64,000 nt of DNA, taken from positions 33,058,464 through 33,122,463 of the forward strand of contig NC_043011.1 in the NCBI RefSeq assembly GCF_006345805.1, given 5' to 3'. The DNA is from Octopus sinensis. Taxonomy: Eukaryota. Of the stretch, positions 36,680 to 51,985 are shown in pieces. Under the pieces are notes generated by a model. That model saw only the letters and a list, made by a program, of their open reading frames with translations. It made no database searches and had not been told where the DNA came from. Positions within the stretch are counted from its first letter, which is position 1. Each line of letters starts with the position of its first letter. The translations under genes were made by a program, and so were the position numbers.

Positions 36680-37224
36680 CAGGCTTATTAAATTCCAAGT
36701 CTGTTTATATTTTCAACTTCGCCCCGTGCGGGTCTGTGCCCTCAAATCCTTTCTTGATTTTTTGACTACATTGCAATTCAACCTCCATATCCTCCTTCAC
36801 ATCGTTGAAGTTTCCCAGAACCTTCTCGCCACCGATGAGACATTCTAGGCTTGCGTATGAGTGTGACGCTCGCTATAGTGTTAACTAACTGTTCAAATAC
36901 TTCCCCATCGATAAGTGAACCACTTTGTTATACAAATATTTTCCTTCCAAATTCCATAGAATTTTCAGAATTCAGGTCTTGTGTACAATTTCTGGAATAT
37001 CTCTCATCAAGCTCGATCGGTAATCTGCCATCGTTCTTTCGTTACTTTTACATCTTGATGAAAGTGTTCATCTTGTTCTTTGCTAACACCACCCAGGTTA
37101 TTTGGAAACTCACTCGAGTGATTGTCTAAGTAGTGCAGTTTATGCGCATTCTACATCCAAGTGCTTGCAAACTCAGGAGCAGCTCCTCCACAATCTCTTG
37201 ATAGTTGCCAGCTTTCCTGTTTCC
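36680..37224 (-). mobile_element. Fossil DNA transposon fragment in the 3' flank of HSP70-3
   Basis: Near-identical to 46400-47001; joins directly to CR1 sequence at 37225-37228. Confidence 0.75.
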
Positions 37225-37227
37225 TGT

Positions 37228-40200
37228 TGCCAGACGTCGGAGTTTCAGTGTGTCCATGCCCAGGGAAGTAAGGCGTTCAGAATATGTCAAATGCCTGATG
37301 GAGGGTATTCTCTTGGTTGCACGTCGCTGAACGGCTTCCAGACGATTAATATCCTGGGCAAGATAGGGGTTCCATACCGGTGATGCAAATTCCAGGTGAG
37401 GTCGTACCATAGCTATATAAAGCCGCAGATAGATAGCCGGGGAGCAGCTCACAAAGGACTTGGTGAATGATGCCAAGACACCCTCAGCCTTCTTGGCAAT
37501 TTTAGCGAAGTGTTTTGTCCAACGCAAATCGCTGTCGACAATAACACCCAGGTCGCGTTCACACGAAAACTTTTTGAGATTAGTGTTGTGGAGAGAGTAA
37601 GTAGACGCTGGGTTTTTCCTCCCAAAATGCATGGTGGTACATTTGTTCACAGCCAGCTTGAGTTGCCAGTCCATGATCCACTGCTGCATTGTGTCCAGGT
37701 CTGATTGCAATTGAGATCTATATTGTACAGGATCTGACCTCTTTATTTCGAGGTACAGCTTGATGTCATCTGCATATTTCAGCACTGTGGAATTCGTTAA
37801 GTTGGCATCTATGTCATTAACATGTGCAACAAAAAAAAAGGGGGCCAAGAACAGATCCCTGTGGTACACCAGATGTCATCTCATAGGGTGAAGAGTGCTG
37901 CCCTAGAACTGTGACAACCTCTTTTCGGCCGATAATAAAGGACTTCAACCAGTTATTGAGATCGTCTCTTACACCCAACGCAGAGAGTTTCACCATAAGT
38001 CTTTTGTGTGGGACAGAGTTAAAAGCCTTAGCAAAGTCCAGGTAAACAACATCCACCCAGGATCCGCGATCAGTGATTTGGGTAATGTCCTCAAGAAAAT
38101 AGATGAGTTGATTACAGCAGCTGGAGTTAGGAATAAATCCAAATTGTGACGGCTGGATGAGGCTGCAAGACTTCCAGAAGTTCCAGAGGGTTTCCCTGAC
38201 ACAGGATTCCATCAGTTTGGCGATGCAGCTAGTAAGACTAACGGGGCGATAGTTGACAGGCGATGTGCGGTCACCTTTTTTTAACAGAGGGATAACACTG
38301 GCAGCTTTCCACTGCTCTGGAGTAACACCATTGTCAAAATAGAATTGGAAGAATATAGAAAGTTGGTTTAGAAGAAAGTACCCACTGCGTTTGAGAAGTA
38401 GGTATGTAACACCATCGAGACCAGGAGAGGCATAGTTGCATTTATTCTAAGGTGGCGTTGCAGCATTGCTGGTGTAAATTTCATAATAGATATAGAGTCC
38501 GGTGTCAGAGGTGATGGAGATGGAACATTTTGATTTTCGACAGTAAAGATGCTTGCATAGCATCCAGCAATGATTTCTGCACATTCTTTGGGATTGCCAG
38601 TAATCTGCCCTGTGTGGGGATTGCGATGGGGACCAACTGGAGAGTGAGGTCTCTGCTTTGAGTGTACATACTTCCAGAAAACTTTGCTATCAGGGTTGGT
38701 TGCTATGCATTGTTCGAATTCAAGCACTGCCTTTTCTGTCACCTGCTTGAGGTGGTTGGCTGATCTATTGCGCTTTTTCCTGTTGATCTCTGAGTTGTGC
38801 AATTTGTATTCCTGTTCAGCATTACGGCGTCCTTTCCTAGCAAGTCGGACTGCTGCAGTTTCCCAAATTGCACTATTGGGTGGTTTTTTGTGCTTGCGTG
38901 GTACTGATGCTGCACATGCCGCCCATATTGAATTCAGAATTGTGTTCACATCTCCAGAGGTATAAAATTCGAGTCAGTTTGGGCGTTGCATCTCAGTACA
39001 ATAAGAGCTCCAGTCTGTTTTATTCCAGTCAAAGCAGGCAGTTTGAAGATGGTTGTGGTTTTTGTTACAACCAATCAGAGACAAGTCGGCCATGATCATG
39101 GAATGATCAGAGTCACCTAAAGGTTCTTCAGTAGTGACACTAAGAATTGTTTCAGGAGAAGCAGTAAGTAGCAGATCCAAAGTGTTGTTACTCCTTGTGG
39201 GGGAGGTAACGAATTGGGACCAATTTGAATTCAGCACCAGTTCAAGGAAATCGTCTGCACTTTGCAGCCAACGGAAAGCCTCCCAGTCAATCTCAGGGAA
39301 ATTGAAGTCCTCCGCAATATAAAATATAAGTGGCTGTTTTCATGGCAGCAGCTCTGAGAATATAAAAATGTTGTGTGTCTTGACGATAATTTGGGGGGCG
39401 GTAAATAACTCCAAGCAGAAGTGTTGACATGGTCATGTGTATATCGCAGAAAAATACTTCCTGCTGAGATTGGTTCAAATCATCACAAGGGATTGCCAAT
39501 AGATTTGATCGAACATAAACCACCCCCTCCACGGCGATTAATGAGGTCTTTGCGGAACAGGTTGTAGCCGGTTACGCTGAAAACCCCATCACAGAGTGCA
39601 AAATGTGCCCATGTTTCCGTGACTGTGATGAAATTTGGGTCGATACTTTTGACGTAAGTGTCAAAAAGATGTACCTTGTTGCATAAACTACAAGCATTCA
39701 AGGACAGCAGTTTGTATCTGGATTTCAGATGGCGATGATATACAAGGGATGGCTGATTGTTCTTGGTTAATTTCCCAAGATTTTTGTATTGCCAGTTGTT
39801 GTTGTGGGTGCAGTTTGCTCAGTCCAACTGGTATCCCTTATCCTCGACTCACGAGACTTTATAAATTTACATATTTGTCCATCATCGCGTAGGCTAAAGC
39901 TTTCCTGTACCACAGAGTTGCGATTTAGGGAAGCTACAGATCTTAGCTTTGGGCGTACATCAGGTGGTAGGCCAGGGCATGTCTTAAAGGTGATTCTGTT
40001 TTCGCGCCGAGCCCTATCAGCAGCCTGATGGTATGCCCGCGCCTCAGTAGAGTTTGAAAACATCATCCTGATCAGTCTGGGTTTGGATGCTGGTCGGCCA
40101 AGGCGGAAAGCACTTTTTGGAGGAACACAGCTGAGGTCCTTAGAGGTGTTTCCAGTGAAAGCCTGCAGATCTACCACATCTTCCGGCAATCCGATGGCAA

Positions 40201-41090
40201 TTACCTCATGAGTGGTTGATTCAGCAACTTCCTCGATGCGTTTAGGTTCCGTACGAGCTACAGGTAAGTTGCTGAGCAAGGCACTCTGATACGAACCCTC
40301 GCTGTGAGGTTTCGCACAGACGCTGGTTTTGATTCCTGCTATTTCGCGACTTAAAGCAGAAATCATTTGTCAAATTTCCGCAACTTCTGTGCTGATGGTC
40401 GATTTTTGCTTTAGTTGAGAAGTATCGGGAGAGGAGGGCATGGTTGGCTTTTATTCCTGCTGGTGTACTTCGATTGGAATGATCAATTTTTGTTGACGAA
40501 GAGCAATAGGGGAGGAAGACACAGGCGGCTTAAGTTTCTGTTTTTGTTGATGTTCTTCAACAGGAATGGCCGATTTTTTTTGCTGATGTTGAAGAATGAC
40601 AGGGGAGGAAGACACGGGCGGCTTTAATTTTTGCTGTTGTTCTTCATCAACAGGACTGGTTTGGGGAGACAAAGTAGCCAGTTTTTGCTGTTCAGCAGCA
40701 ATGGCAGCGGAAGACACGGTTGTCGGATTTTGTTGTTGCTGTTCAGCACCAATGGTAGCAGGGGACACACAAGTCAGGCACTGAAACGACCAGTTTGGTA
40801 GCTGGACCATTTCCCAGAGTCTATCCATCATAGAAGTATGGTGTCCTTTCTTTTGACCTGGGATCTTTTGAAAGTTTGAGGCGCTTTGAAAGCAGATCGA
40901 AACACGACATTTACTGCATTCAACCCATCTATTTCGGAAGGAATTTCGAGTTTTGTGCATTTGTGAGAAACTATTGGATGACGAATTAACTCATGAATAA
41001 AATCTACGCTTAAATGTTGTCACAAGTTACCTCCCTGAGTACTTCACACAAAATGGAAAACGTGTTGCCTCGACGGATGGAGAGGCAGAT
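37228..41090 (-). mobile_element. CR1-clade LINE copy A (ORF1 plus ORF2, 3' end deleted); 5' boundary approximate
   Basis: ORF1: WVECSKC...WSFQCLTC (PHD-like), Q-rich repeats, FRLGRPASKPRLIRMMF. ORF2: APE (NACSLCNK, VTETW, LGDSDH) and RT (VYLDFAKAFNSV, SGVPQGSVLGP, KYADDIKL). Confidence 0.92.
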
Positions 41091-41824
41091 GAGCTGAAAA
41101 AGCCATTCATCTCACGGGACTTATACTTTCGGACAGCTATCCCCGTCCCGATATCTGTGAGAAGGGATATGTCTGGAAGCCAAAATGCTGAAAGGCTCCG
41201 CTGACACAGGCGTAACCATAAACCTTATATTTTATAAATAATGAATAGGTGCATCTTCTAACACTTTGATATGCCAAAGTTTATTATAAGGAATTTTAGG
41301 CTATAAACTTTCTTCAAGGAACCAGCCATACTTGGGAGCGGAGCAAACCTACAGAATAGAGTGGGAATTACACAGTATGCTAGAAGAAATTATGCACTTA
41401 GATGAGTACTGTTTAAGCATCGCGTATGACGATACAAAAGAAGAGGGTACTTGTCTTTCAGTTTATTCCTATGCTCTTTCCGTATTTTCCTAGTTTTAAG
41501 TTTACTTTGAAAAATTTAAAACTATGCTTCATAAAGATACACTTTTAACAATAAATCACTTAAATAGTTAGGAAAATGTTAAAGTGAAAGATTATTGAGA
41601 AGACTCGAGGTAAAATCACCCACATATGCAATTCGTGTTTTACTGTTTGGGAAATCGCAAGCTACGATGCTTCACTGATATTAATTCCAAGGAATTTTGA
41701 CTTTTGGCGAGCTGAATAATATCCGACGCTATTCTTTTCGTATACATTCAATGAAAGATTGTCTCGGTTTGTAAGTAAAATTCTTTAGTACACCTGTACC
41801 TAAGATTGTATGTTTGTCAGCTTT

Positions 41825-41870
41825 GATGAACGAATGTATGTATGTATTTATGTCTATCTGTCTGTCTGAC

Positions 41871-41901
<31 letters not shown>

Positions 41902-42660
41902 ATGTATGTATGTATGTAAGTTTGTATTATGCAGGTATTATGTATGTATGTATGTATGTATGTATGTATGTGTGTGTGTGTGCGTGCGTGCGTATGTATG
42001 TATGCATGCATGCATGCATGTATGTATGTATGTATGTATATGCATGCATGCATGCATGTATGTATGTATGATGTATGTATGTATGTATGTATGTATGTAT
42101 GTATGTATGTATGTATGTATGTATGTATGTAGTCAAGCACGTCGGTAGGCATGTATTGAAGCATGTAGGTAGGCATGTATTTTTATAAGTATAAGTGGGC
42201 ATTCCTACATATATATGCAAACATGCAATCTGTTTCCATATAACTGCCAGAGAAACTGATTTTTACTAATGAAATTTTCTGAAAATACGCCTCAGATGAT
42301 GTAGATTCTGATTATGTAGGAATTTCTTGAGAAAACTTTTTCTGTTGGTGGGAAGAAGTGCTTCACAAAATTTACATTAGTTGGATTTGTTTTCTCATAA
42401 CTTTCAGATTAATTGGAATATTTTAATGAAATTTTCTGTAAATACTTTCAAGAATGTGTAAATTACGATTATATTAGAATCTGATCTGCATAAAAAAGTA
42501 AATAACTTACAGTACCCACATATACTGGCAAATATCATCAAATTTTTTTTTTTTTACGTAAATTCATGTTTCAATACGTAGATATATGTGACGTGTGTCT
42601 ATACGTGTGTTTATGAGCCCACCAGATTTATTTCTTCATGTTAATATTCGTTATAATCGT
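41825..42660 (-). repeat. (TATG)n microsatellite plus the CATA-tailed AT-rich repeat upstream of HSP70-4
   Basis: Reverse complement matches 11640-12070 and 15400-15830. Confidence 0.8.
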
Positions 42661-42834
42661 CGTCTACACACTCTGTAATGTATTCAACGATATTTAAAAG
42701 CAAATGTAGTAAACATTGATGTGAAAATAAATACAAAATGCCTATTTCATTCGTTGGTTTATTTGCTTCATTCCGACTTACATATACTCCCCTATATTAC
42801 ACATCGTCAACAATGAAGTGAAACCAGCTATACC

Positions 42835-43060
42835 TATTTCTTTATTGCTCACAAGGGGCTAAACACAGAGGGGACAAATAAGGACTAACAAACGGATTAA
42901 GTCGATTATATCGACCCGAGTGTGTAAATGGTACTTATTTAATCGACCCCGAAAGGATGAAATGCAAAGTCAACCTCGGCAGAATTTGAACTCAGAACGT
43001 AGCGGCAGACGAAATACCGTTAAGCATTTCGCCCAGCGCACTAACGTTTCTGCCAGCTCG
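42835..43060 (-). mobile_element. tRNA-derived SINE, family B, with 11-bp TSD ccagctatacc
   Basis: TSD at 42824-42834 and 43061-43071; tail gccccttgtgagcaataaagaaata. Confidence 0.92.
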
Positions 43061-43597
43061 CCAGCTATACCTCCCTGGATGCCAATAACCATCGCCGCTA
43101 GTCTTTACCAATAACTATAGAAACGCCTTTGCTTTTTAACTGTATATTTTCTTCGAGTACAGATTTGTGCGATATATGAGTATCCGAACTCTTTGTAAAA
43201 CTTTCTTTATCAAGGAATAAATGTTCAAATGTACATAAATGTTGTCTTTCTTTAAATGATGACTTTCATTTCTAATGAGTATGGTAATGTTAAAGTCGTC
43301 GATAGTTTAAAAGTCCTGAAATGAAAATGCGAATTTGTTTGAAATAGTAGCACTTCCATCTAAAAACCATAAACAGAGTGCAACACAAAATATTTCAAAC
43401 CAGAAAACTATGAGAAGAAAAATAAAAGTTTAGAGAAGCGATAAATAGCAACAGTACGTGAACGACGGTGTTTATTATTTGGTACGACGGCAATATTAAT
43501 CCATGAAACAGAGTTGTTCTACTAAAAAACACAAATTATGAGCAAATATCCTATACAAATCAACTTCTATTTGTAAAATAAGCTAATCGAATTAAAA

Positions 43598-43714
43598 GGA
43601 AACTTCTGGAACGTTCCAAAGACTTGTAGCACCTGGTAGAACAATATCGAAATGCCTCGTAAACTCTGGTAATGACGTCACAGTGGGAAGGGGCGTTACT
43701 CTCCACTATATATA
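43598..43714 (+). promoter_or_regulatory. HSP70-4 promoter: HSE with 4 intact units (43598-43617), CRE (43673-43680), TATA (43707-43714)
   Basis: GAAacTTCtgGAAcgTTCca-aag (fifth GAA disrupted); TGACGTCA; TATATATA. Confidence 0.88.
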
Positions 43715-43968
43715 TGGCATTGCACACAGCTTGTCAATCAGATTCTACAGAAGCACGACTGTAAACAACTCGAGACAAGAGTCTCGGCTGCGAAACATTT
43801 CTTTCAGTTATACATACATTGAAGCAACACTCATTCACTTATAATACATTTATATATTCTACTCATACAACTGAAATACAAAGTAAGACGAGCAAGAGAT
43901 AAGAAGAGAGAAAGAATTTCTCAAGTTTTATACTGGAATTTGAGCGAACAATAGAAAAAGGAAGAAGA

Positions 43969-45875
<1,907 letters not shown>

Positions 45876-46399
45876 TTTCTTATCTATTCATACAACATTT
45901 GATAAATACTGTGATATATCTATTACTCAGTACTCTTTTCATACTATTATTCTCATTCGTATCAGCTCAATGACATTGTGAACTTTCGTAATTTATTCAT
46001 CCATCCCATTGACATTTTGTAAAACAATCTCCAAAATCTTTGTATATTTTTTTAGAAGAATATAATTGATATTTTCTTTCACATGAGTGTCGTTGTTATT
46101 TTATATTCGTTTATTGTTTGTTTCATGTAAATTATTACTCGTATGTTTATGGATGCTATTCCTTGTTGCTATATTACAAGTTTCCTTTTGAACATCATAA
46201 GGTAATTTCTACAGTAAACATGTAGAAATGTTCATCGGAGAAGAAGCATAAGAGCGAAAGGTGAAACAGCTAATGTTGCTTTGGTGAAACTTAGTGGAAG
46301 ACGCTAATTTTGATTGCTTATTGACAAATGTCATTCGATAACAATAACCATCTCTTAACAATTAACTTAATCAACCTAGGATTTCCGTAAAAATATGCA

Positions 46400-47565
46400 G
46401 GCTTATTAAATTCCAAGTCTGTTTATATTTTCAACTTCGCCCCCGTGCGGGTCTGTGCCCACAAATCCTTTCTTGATTTTTTGACTACATTACAATTCAA
46501 CCTCCATATCCTCCTTCACATCGTTGAAGTCTCCCAGAACCTTCTCGCCACCGATGAGACATTCTAGGCTTGCGTTTGTGTGTGAGGCCTGCTATAGGGT
46601 TAACTAACTGTACAAATACTTCCCCATCGATAAGTGAACCACTTTGTTATACAAATATTTTCCTTTCAAATTCCATAGAATTTTCAGAATTCAGGTCTTG
46701 TGTACAATTTCTGGAATATCTCTCATCAAGCTCGATCGGTAATCTGCCATCATGTTTGAGTCCGATTGGCCTTGGTAGCTTTCTTCCATTACTTTTACAT
46801 CTTGATGAAAGTGTTCACCTTGTTCTTTGCTAACACCACCCAAGTTGTCTGGAAACTCACTCGAGTGATTGTCTAAGTAGTGCAGTTTATGCGCATTCTA
46901 CATCCAAGTGCTTGCAAACTCAGGAGCAGCTCCTCCACAATCTCTTGATGGTTGAGCAGCTCCTCCACAATCTCTTGATGGTTGCCAGCTTTCCTGTTTC
47001 CAAGAAAATTCAGCACCATTCTAGCCTCCGCCGCATTCATCGTTGAAACGAAATGTAGATCCCTGCGGAGTGTTCTTATTTGAGTTCCATCAAATATTCC
47101 TGCCTTCTTTTTCTCGTCACTGAAACTTGAAAACGTTGTAGATGTATATCTAGAGCAATCTCCGCGGCGATCAAGAGCTTTGATGAATTGCTTCCTTACA
47201 CCAACTTTCAACACAGATTTAGTCCACATATTTTACTTTAAAGTAAGCAAGATGCACATTCTTGACAAATTTATTAATGTTGTGCCCTTGAGCCTGTGGA
47301 GTGACATTTCCACAGACGTAACAGAAGAGATGGGGCTCATTACAGCACGTCCTTCTTTCTGATGTTTCATCCATAACTAGATCACAGTGGTATAAAGTTA
47401 ACTTTCGGTGTGTTCCAGATAAATATAGGTATATACCGATGGCACGAAAATGTGATGTGACTGAGAAAAACTGAAGTTAGTTTTGGAATGAGTACCCAAA
47501 TATTAGTCTAAAACAACTCTAAGATTTTATGCCAGAAAATAAAAATTATATTTTGTTGACCAGTG
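46400..47565 (-). mobile_element. Fossil cut-and-paste-type DNA transposon (superfamily not assigned), with one terminus preserved
   Basis: ORF 46873-47229: KQFIKALD...FSDEKKKAGIFDGTQIR...NFLGNRKAGN...LQALGCRM. Terminus TA|CACTGGTCAACAAAA (minus strand) at 47567-47551. A 30-bp tandem duplication lies at 46924-46983. Confidence 0.75.
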
Positions 47566-47704
47566 TAATACAACTTTATATCTTTGCTAGCTTTGTTTGA
47601 ATAACAAAAAAAAACTTGGTGTTTGGATTTAGAAACTTACATGTTGCCAAATTCAGAAATGAGCTTATAAATTTCTGAAATTATACATTTTCTATTTATA
47701 AATA

Positions 47705-50700
47705 AAATAATAATAATGAAATTATTGTATACCGTGCTCAGGTGCACCACAACTTGTCAAAAAGTGCGTATAAAGTATATGCAGTAATGTACAAATGTCT
47801 GGAAAGCGAACAGTGTATGAGTCAGATACATGCTTGCGTGTGTATGGAGAGGAGAAACTCAAGGTGTAGTGTTGGCCAATCTCAGGAAGCACGGAAGTTT
47901 TGAAGGATGCAGTGCTCCGACAACTAACAACTGATGCCGGCAGTCTGTTCCATGCTTCATCAACTCTTAGCGTGAAAAAAATGTTTCCGAAAGTTATGGG
48001 AGCTGTGCTGTTTTCTGACTTTGTAAACATGTTCACGGGTGTTAGACAGGTGGAGTTTGAAAAGGTGCTCAGAGTTATTGTTTGTAAGATGGTTAATAAC
48101 TTTATGGATGTCTGCCAAGTCAGCTGCCAGACGTCGGAGTTTCAGTGTGTCCATGCCCAGGGAAGTAAGGCGTTCAGAATATGGCAAATGTCTGATGGAG
48201 GGTATTCTCTTGGTTGCACGTCGCTGAACGGCTTCCAGACGATTAATATCCTGGGCAAGATAGGGGTTCCAGACCGGTGATGCAAATTCTAGGTGAGGTC
48301 GTACCATAGCTATATAAAGCCGCAGATAGATAGCCGGGGAGCAGCTCACAAAGGACTTGGTGAATGATGCCAAGACACCCTCAGCCTTCTTGGCAATTTT
48401 AGCGAAGTGTTTTGTCCAATCGCTGTCGACAATAACACCCAGGTCGCGTTCACACGACGACTTTTTGAGATTTGTGTTGTGGAGGGAGTAAGTAGACGCT
48501 GGGTTTTTCCTCCCAAAATGCATGGTGGTACATTTGGCCACAGCCAGCTTGAGTTGCCAGTCCATGATCCACTGCTGCATTGTGTCCAGGTCTGATTGCA
48601 ATTGAGATCTATAGTGTACAGGATCTGACCTCTTTATTTCGAGGTACAGCTTGATGTCATCTGCATATTTCAGCACTGTGGGATTCTTTAAGTTGGCATC
48701 TATGTCACTAACGTATGCAACAAACAAAAGGGGACCAAGAACAGATCTCTGTGGTACACCAGATGTCATCTCATAGGGTGAAGAGTGCTGTCCTAGAAAT
48801 GTGACACCTCTTTTCGGCCGATAATAAAGGACTTCAACCAGTTATAGAGATCGTCTCTTACACCCAACGCAAAGAGTTTCACCATAAGTCTTTTGTGTGG
48901 GACAGAGTTAAAAGCCTTAGCAAAGTCCAGGTAAACAACATCCACCCAGGATCCGCGATCAGTGATTTGGGTAATGTCCTCAAGAATCTCGATGAGTTGA
49001 TTACAGCTCATCGAGTTTCTTCAGGAATAAATCCAAATTGTGACGGCTGAATGAGGCTGTGAGACTTCCAGAAGTTCCAGAGGGTTTCCCTGACACAGGA
49101 TTCCATCAGTTTGGCGATGCAGCTAGTAAGACTAACTGGGCGATAGTTGACAGGCGATGTGCGGTCACCTTTTTTGAACAGAGGGATAACACTGGCAGTT
49201 TTCCACTGCTCTGGAGTAACACCATTGTCAAGACAGAATTGGAAGAATAGAGAAAGTTGGTTTAGAAGAAAGTACCCATCGCGTTGAGAAGTAGGTATGT
49301 AACACCATCGAAACCAAGAGAGGCATAGTTGCGTTTATTCTTAAGGTGGCGTTGCAGCATTGCTGGTGTAAATTTCATAGTAGCTTTAGAGTCCGGTGTC
49401 AGAGGTGATGGAGATGGAACCATTTGATCTTCGACAGTAAAGATGCCTGCATAGCATGCAGCAATGATTTCTGTACATTCTTTGGGATTGCCAGTAATCT
49501 GCCCTGTGTGGGAATTGCGAAGGGGACCAACTGGAGAGTGAGGTCTCTGCTTTGAGTATACATACTTCCAGAACATTTTGCTGTCAGGGTTGGTTGCTAT
49601 GCGTTGTTCGAATTCAAGCGCTGCCTTTTTTGTCACCCGCTTGAGGTGGATGGCTGATCTATTGCGCCTTTTCCTGTTGATCTCTGATTTGTGCAATTTG
49701 TATTCCTGTTCAGCATTACGGCGTCCCTTCCTGGCAAGTCGGACTGCTGCAGTTTCCCAAATTGCACTATTAGGCGGTTTTTTGTGCTTGCGTGGTACTG
49801 ATGCTGCACATGCCGCCCATATTGAATTCAGAATTGTGTTCACATCTCCAGAGGTATAAAATTCGAGTCAGTTTGGGCGTTGCATCTCAGTACAATAAGA
49901 GCTCTAGTCTGTTTTATTCCAGTCAAAGCAGGCAGTTTGAAGATGGTTGTGGTTTTTGTTACAACCAATCAGAGACAAGTCGGCCATGATCATGGAATGA
50001 TCAGAGTCACCTAAAGGTTCTTCAGTAGTGACACTAATAATTGTTTCAGGAGAAGCGGTAAGTAGCAGATCCAAAGTGTTGTTACCCCTTGTGGGGGAGG
50101 TAACGACTTGGGACCAATTTGAATTCAGCACCAGTTCAAGGAAATCGTCTGCACTTTGCAGCCAACGGAAAGCCTCCCAGTCAATCTCAGGGAAATTGAA
50201 GTCCCCCGCAATATAAAAAGAAGTGGCTGTTTTCATGGCAGCAGCTCTGAGGATATCAAAAAGTTGTGTGTCTTAACGATAATTTGAGGGGCGGTAAATA
50301 ACTCCAAGCAGAAGTGTTGACATGGTCATGTGTATATCGCAAAAAAATACTTCCTGCTGAGATTGGTTCAAATCATCACAAGGAATTGACAATAGATTTG
50401 ATCGAACATAAACCATTACGCCCACTCCACGGTGATTAGTGAAGTCTTTGCGGAACAAGTTGTAGCCGGCTACGCTGAAAACCTCACCACAGAGTGCAGA
50501 ATTTACCCATGTTTCCGTGACTGTGATGAAATTTGGGTCGATACTTTTGACGTAAGAGTCAAAAAGATGTACCTTGTTGCATAAACTACGGGCATTCAAG
50601 GACAGCAGTTTGTATCTGGATTTCAGATGATGATATACAGGGGATGGCTGATTGTTCTTGGTTCGTTTCCCAAGATTTTTGTATTGCTTCTTGTTGTGGG

Positions 50701-51985
50701 TGCAGTTTGCTCAGTCCAACTGGTATCCCTTATCCACGACTCACGAGACTTTATAAATTTACATATTCGCCTATCATCGCGTAGGCTAAGCTTTCCTGTG
50801 GCACAGAGTTGCGATTTAGGGAAGCTACAGATCTTAGCTTTGGGCGTACATCAGGTGGTAGGCCAGGGCATGTCTTAAAGGTGATTCTGTTTTCGCGTCG
50901 AGCCCTATCAGCAGCCTGATGGTATGCCCGCGCCTCAGTAGAGTTTGAAAACATCATCCTGATCAGTCTGGGTTTGGATGCTGGTCGGCCAAGGCGGAAA
51001 GCACTTTTTAGAAGGAACACAGCTGAGGTCCTAAGAGGTGTTTCCAGTGAAAGCCTGCAGATCTACCACATCGTCCGGCAATCCGATGGCAATTACCTCA
51101 TGAGTGGATGATTCAGCAACTTCCTCGATGCGTTTAGATTCCGTACGAGCTACAGGTAAGTTGCTGGGCAAGGCACTCTGATACGAACCCTCGCTGTGAG
51201 GTTTCGCACAGACGCTGGTTTTGATTCCTGCTATTTCGCGACTTAAAGCAGAAATCATTTGTCAAATTTCCGCAACTTCTGTGCTGATGGTCGATTTTTG
51301 CTTTAGTTGAGAAGTATCGGGAGAGGAGGGCATGGTTGGCTTTTATTCCTGCTGATGTACTTCGACTTTAATGATCAATTTTTGTTGACGAAGAGCAATA
51401 GGGGAGGAAGATACAGGCGGCTTAAGTTTCTGTTTTTGTTGATGTTCTTCAACAGGAATGGCCGATTTTTTTGCTGATGTTGAAGAATGACAGGGGAGGA
51501 AGACACGGGCGGCTTTAATTTTTGCTGTTGTTCTTCATAAACAGGACTGGTTTGGGGAGACAAAGTAGTCAGTTTTTGCTGTTCAGCAGCAATGACAGCG
51601 GAAGACACGGTTGTCGGATTTTGTTGTTGCTGTTAAGCATCAATGGTAGCAGGGGACACACAAGTCAGGCACTGAAACGACCAGTTTGGTAGCTGGACCA
51701 TTTCCCACAGTTTATCCATCAGAAGTATGGTGTCCTTCTTTTGACTGGGATCTTTTGAAAGTTTGAAAGTTTGTGGCGCTTTGAAAGCAGATCGAAACAC
51801 GACATTTACTGCATTCAACCCATCTATTCGGAAGGAATTTTCGAGTTTTGTGCATTTGTGAGAAACTATTGGATGACGAATTAACTCATGAATAAAATCT
51901 GCGCTTAAATGTTGTCACAAGTTACCTCCCTGAGTACTTCACACAAAATGGAAATCGTGTTGCCCCGACGGATGGAGAGGCAGAT
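47705..51985 (-). mobile_element. CR1-clade LINE copy B, near full length with (ATT)n tail, frameshifted; 5' boundary approximate
   Basis: Same ORF1/APE/RT motifs as copy A plus the 3' end (ORF 47960-48769 with YADD and the KVRKQHSS C-terminus); tail ttattattatttttattt near 47700-47716. Confidence 0.92.

Noticed and set aside
37126-37869. 247-aa ORF as a novel RT-transposase fusion gene
   Set aside because: Chimera created by the 1.1-kb deletion joining two decayed elements; no promoter, and RT is incomplete.
40470-40780. Q-rich repeated peptide (QQKLKPPVSSSP) as a host low-complexity gene, or repeat-spacer patterns as CRISPR
   Set aside because: Internal repeats of CR1 ORF1, present in both CR1 copies; no regularly spaced identical repeats with unique spacers anywhere in the window.
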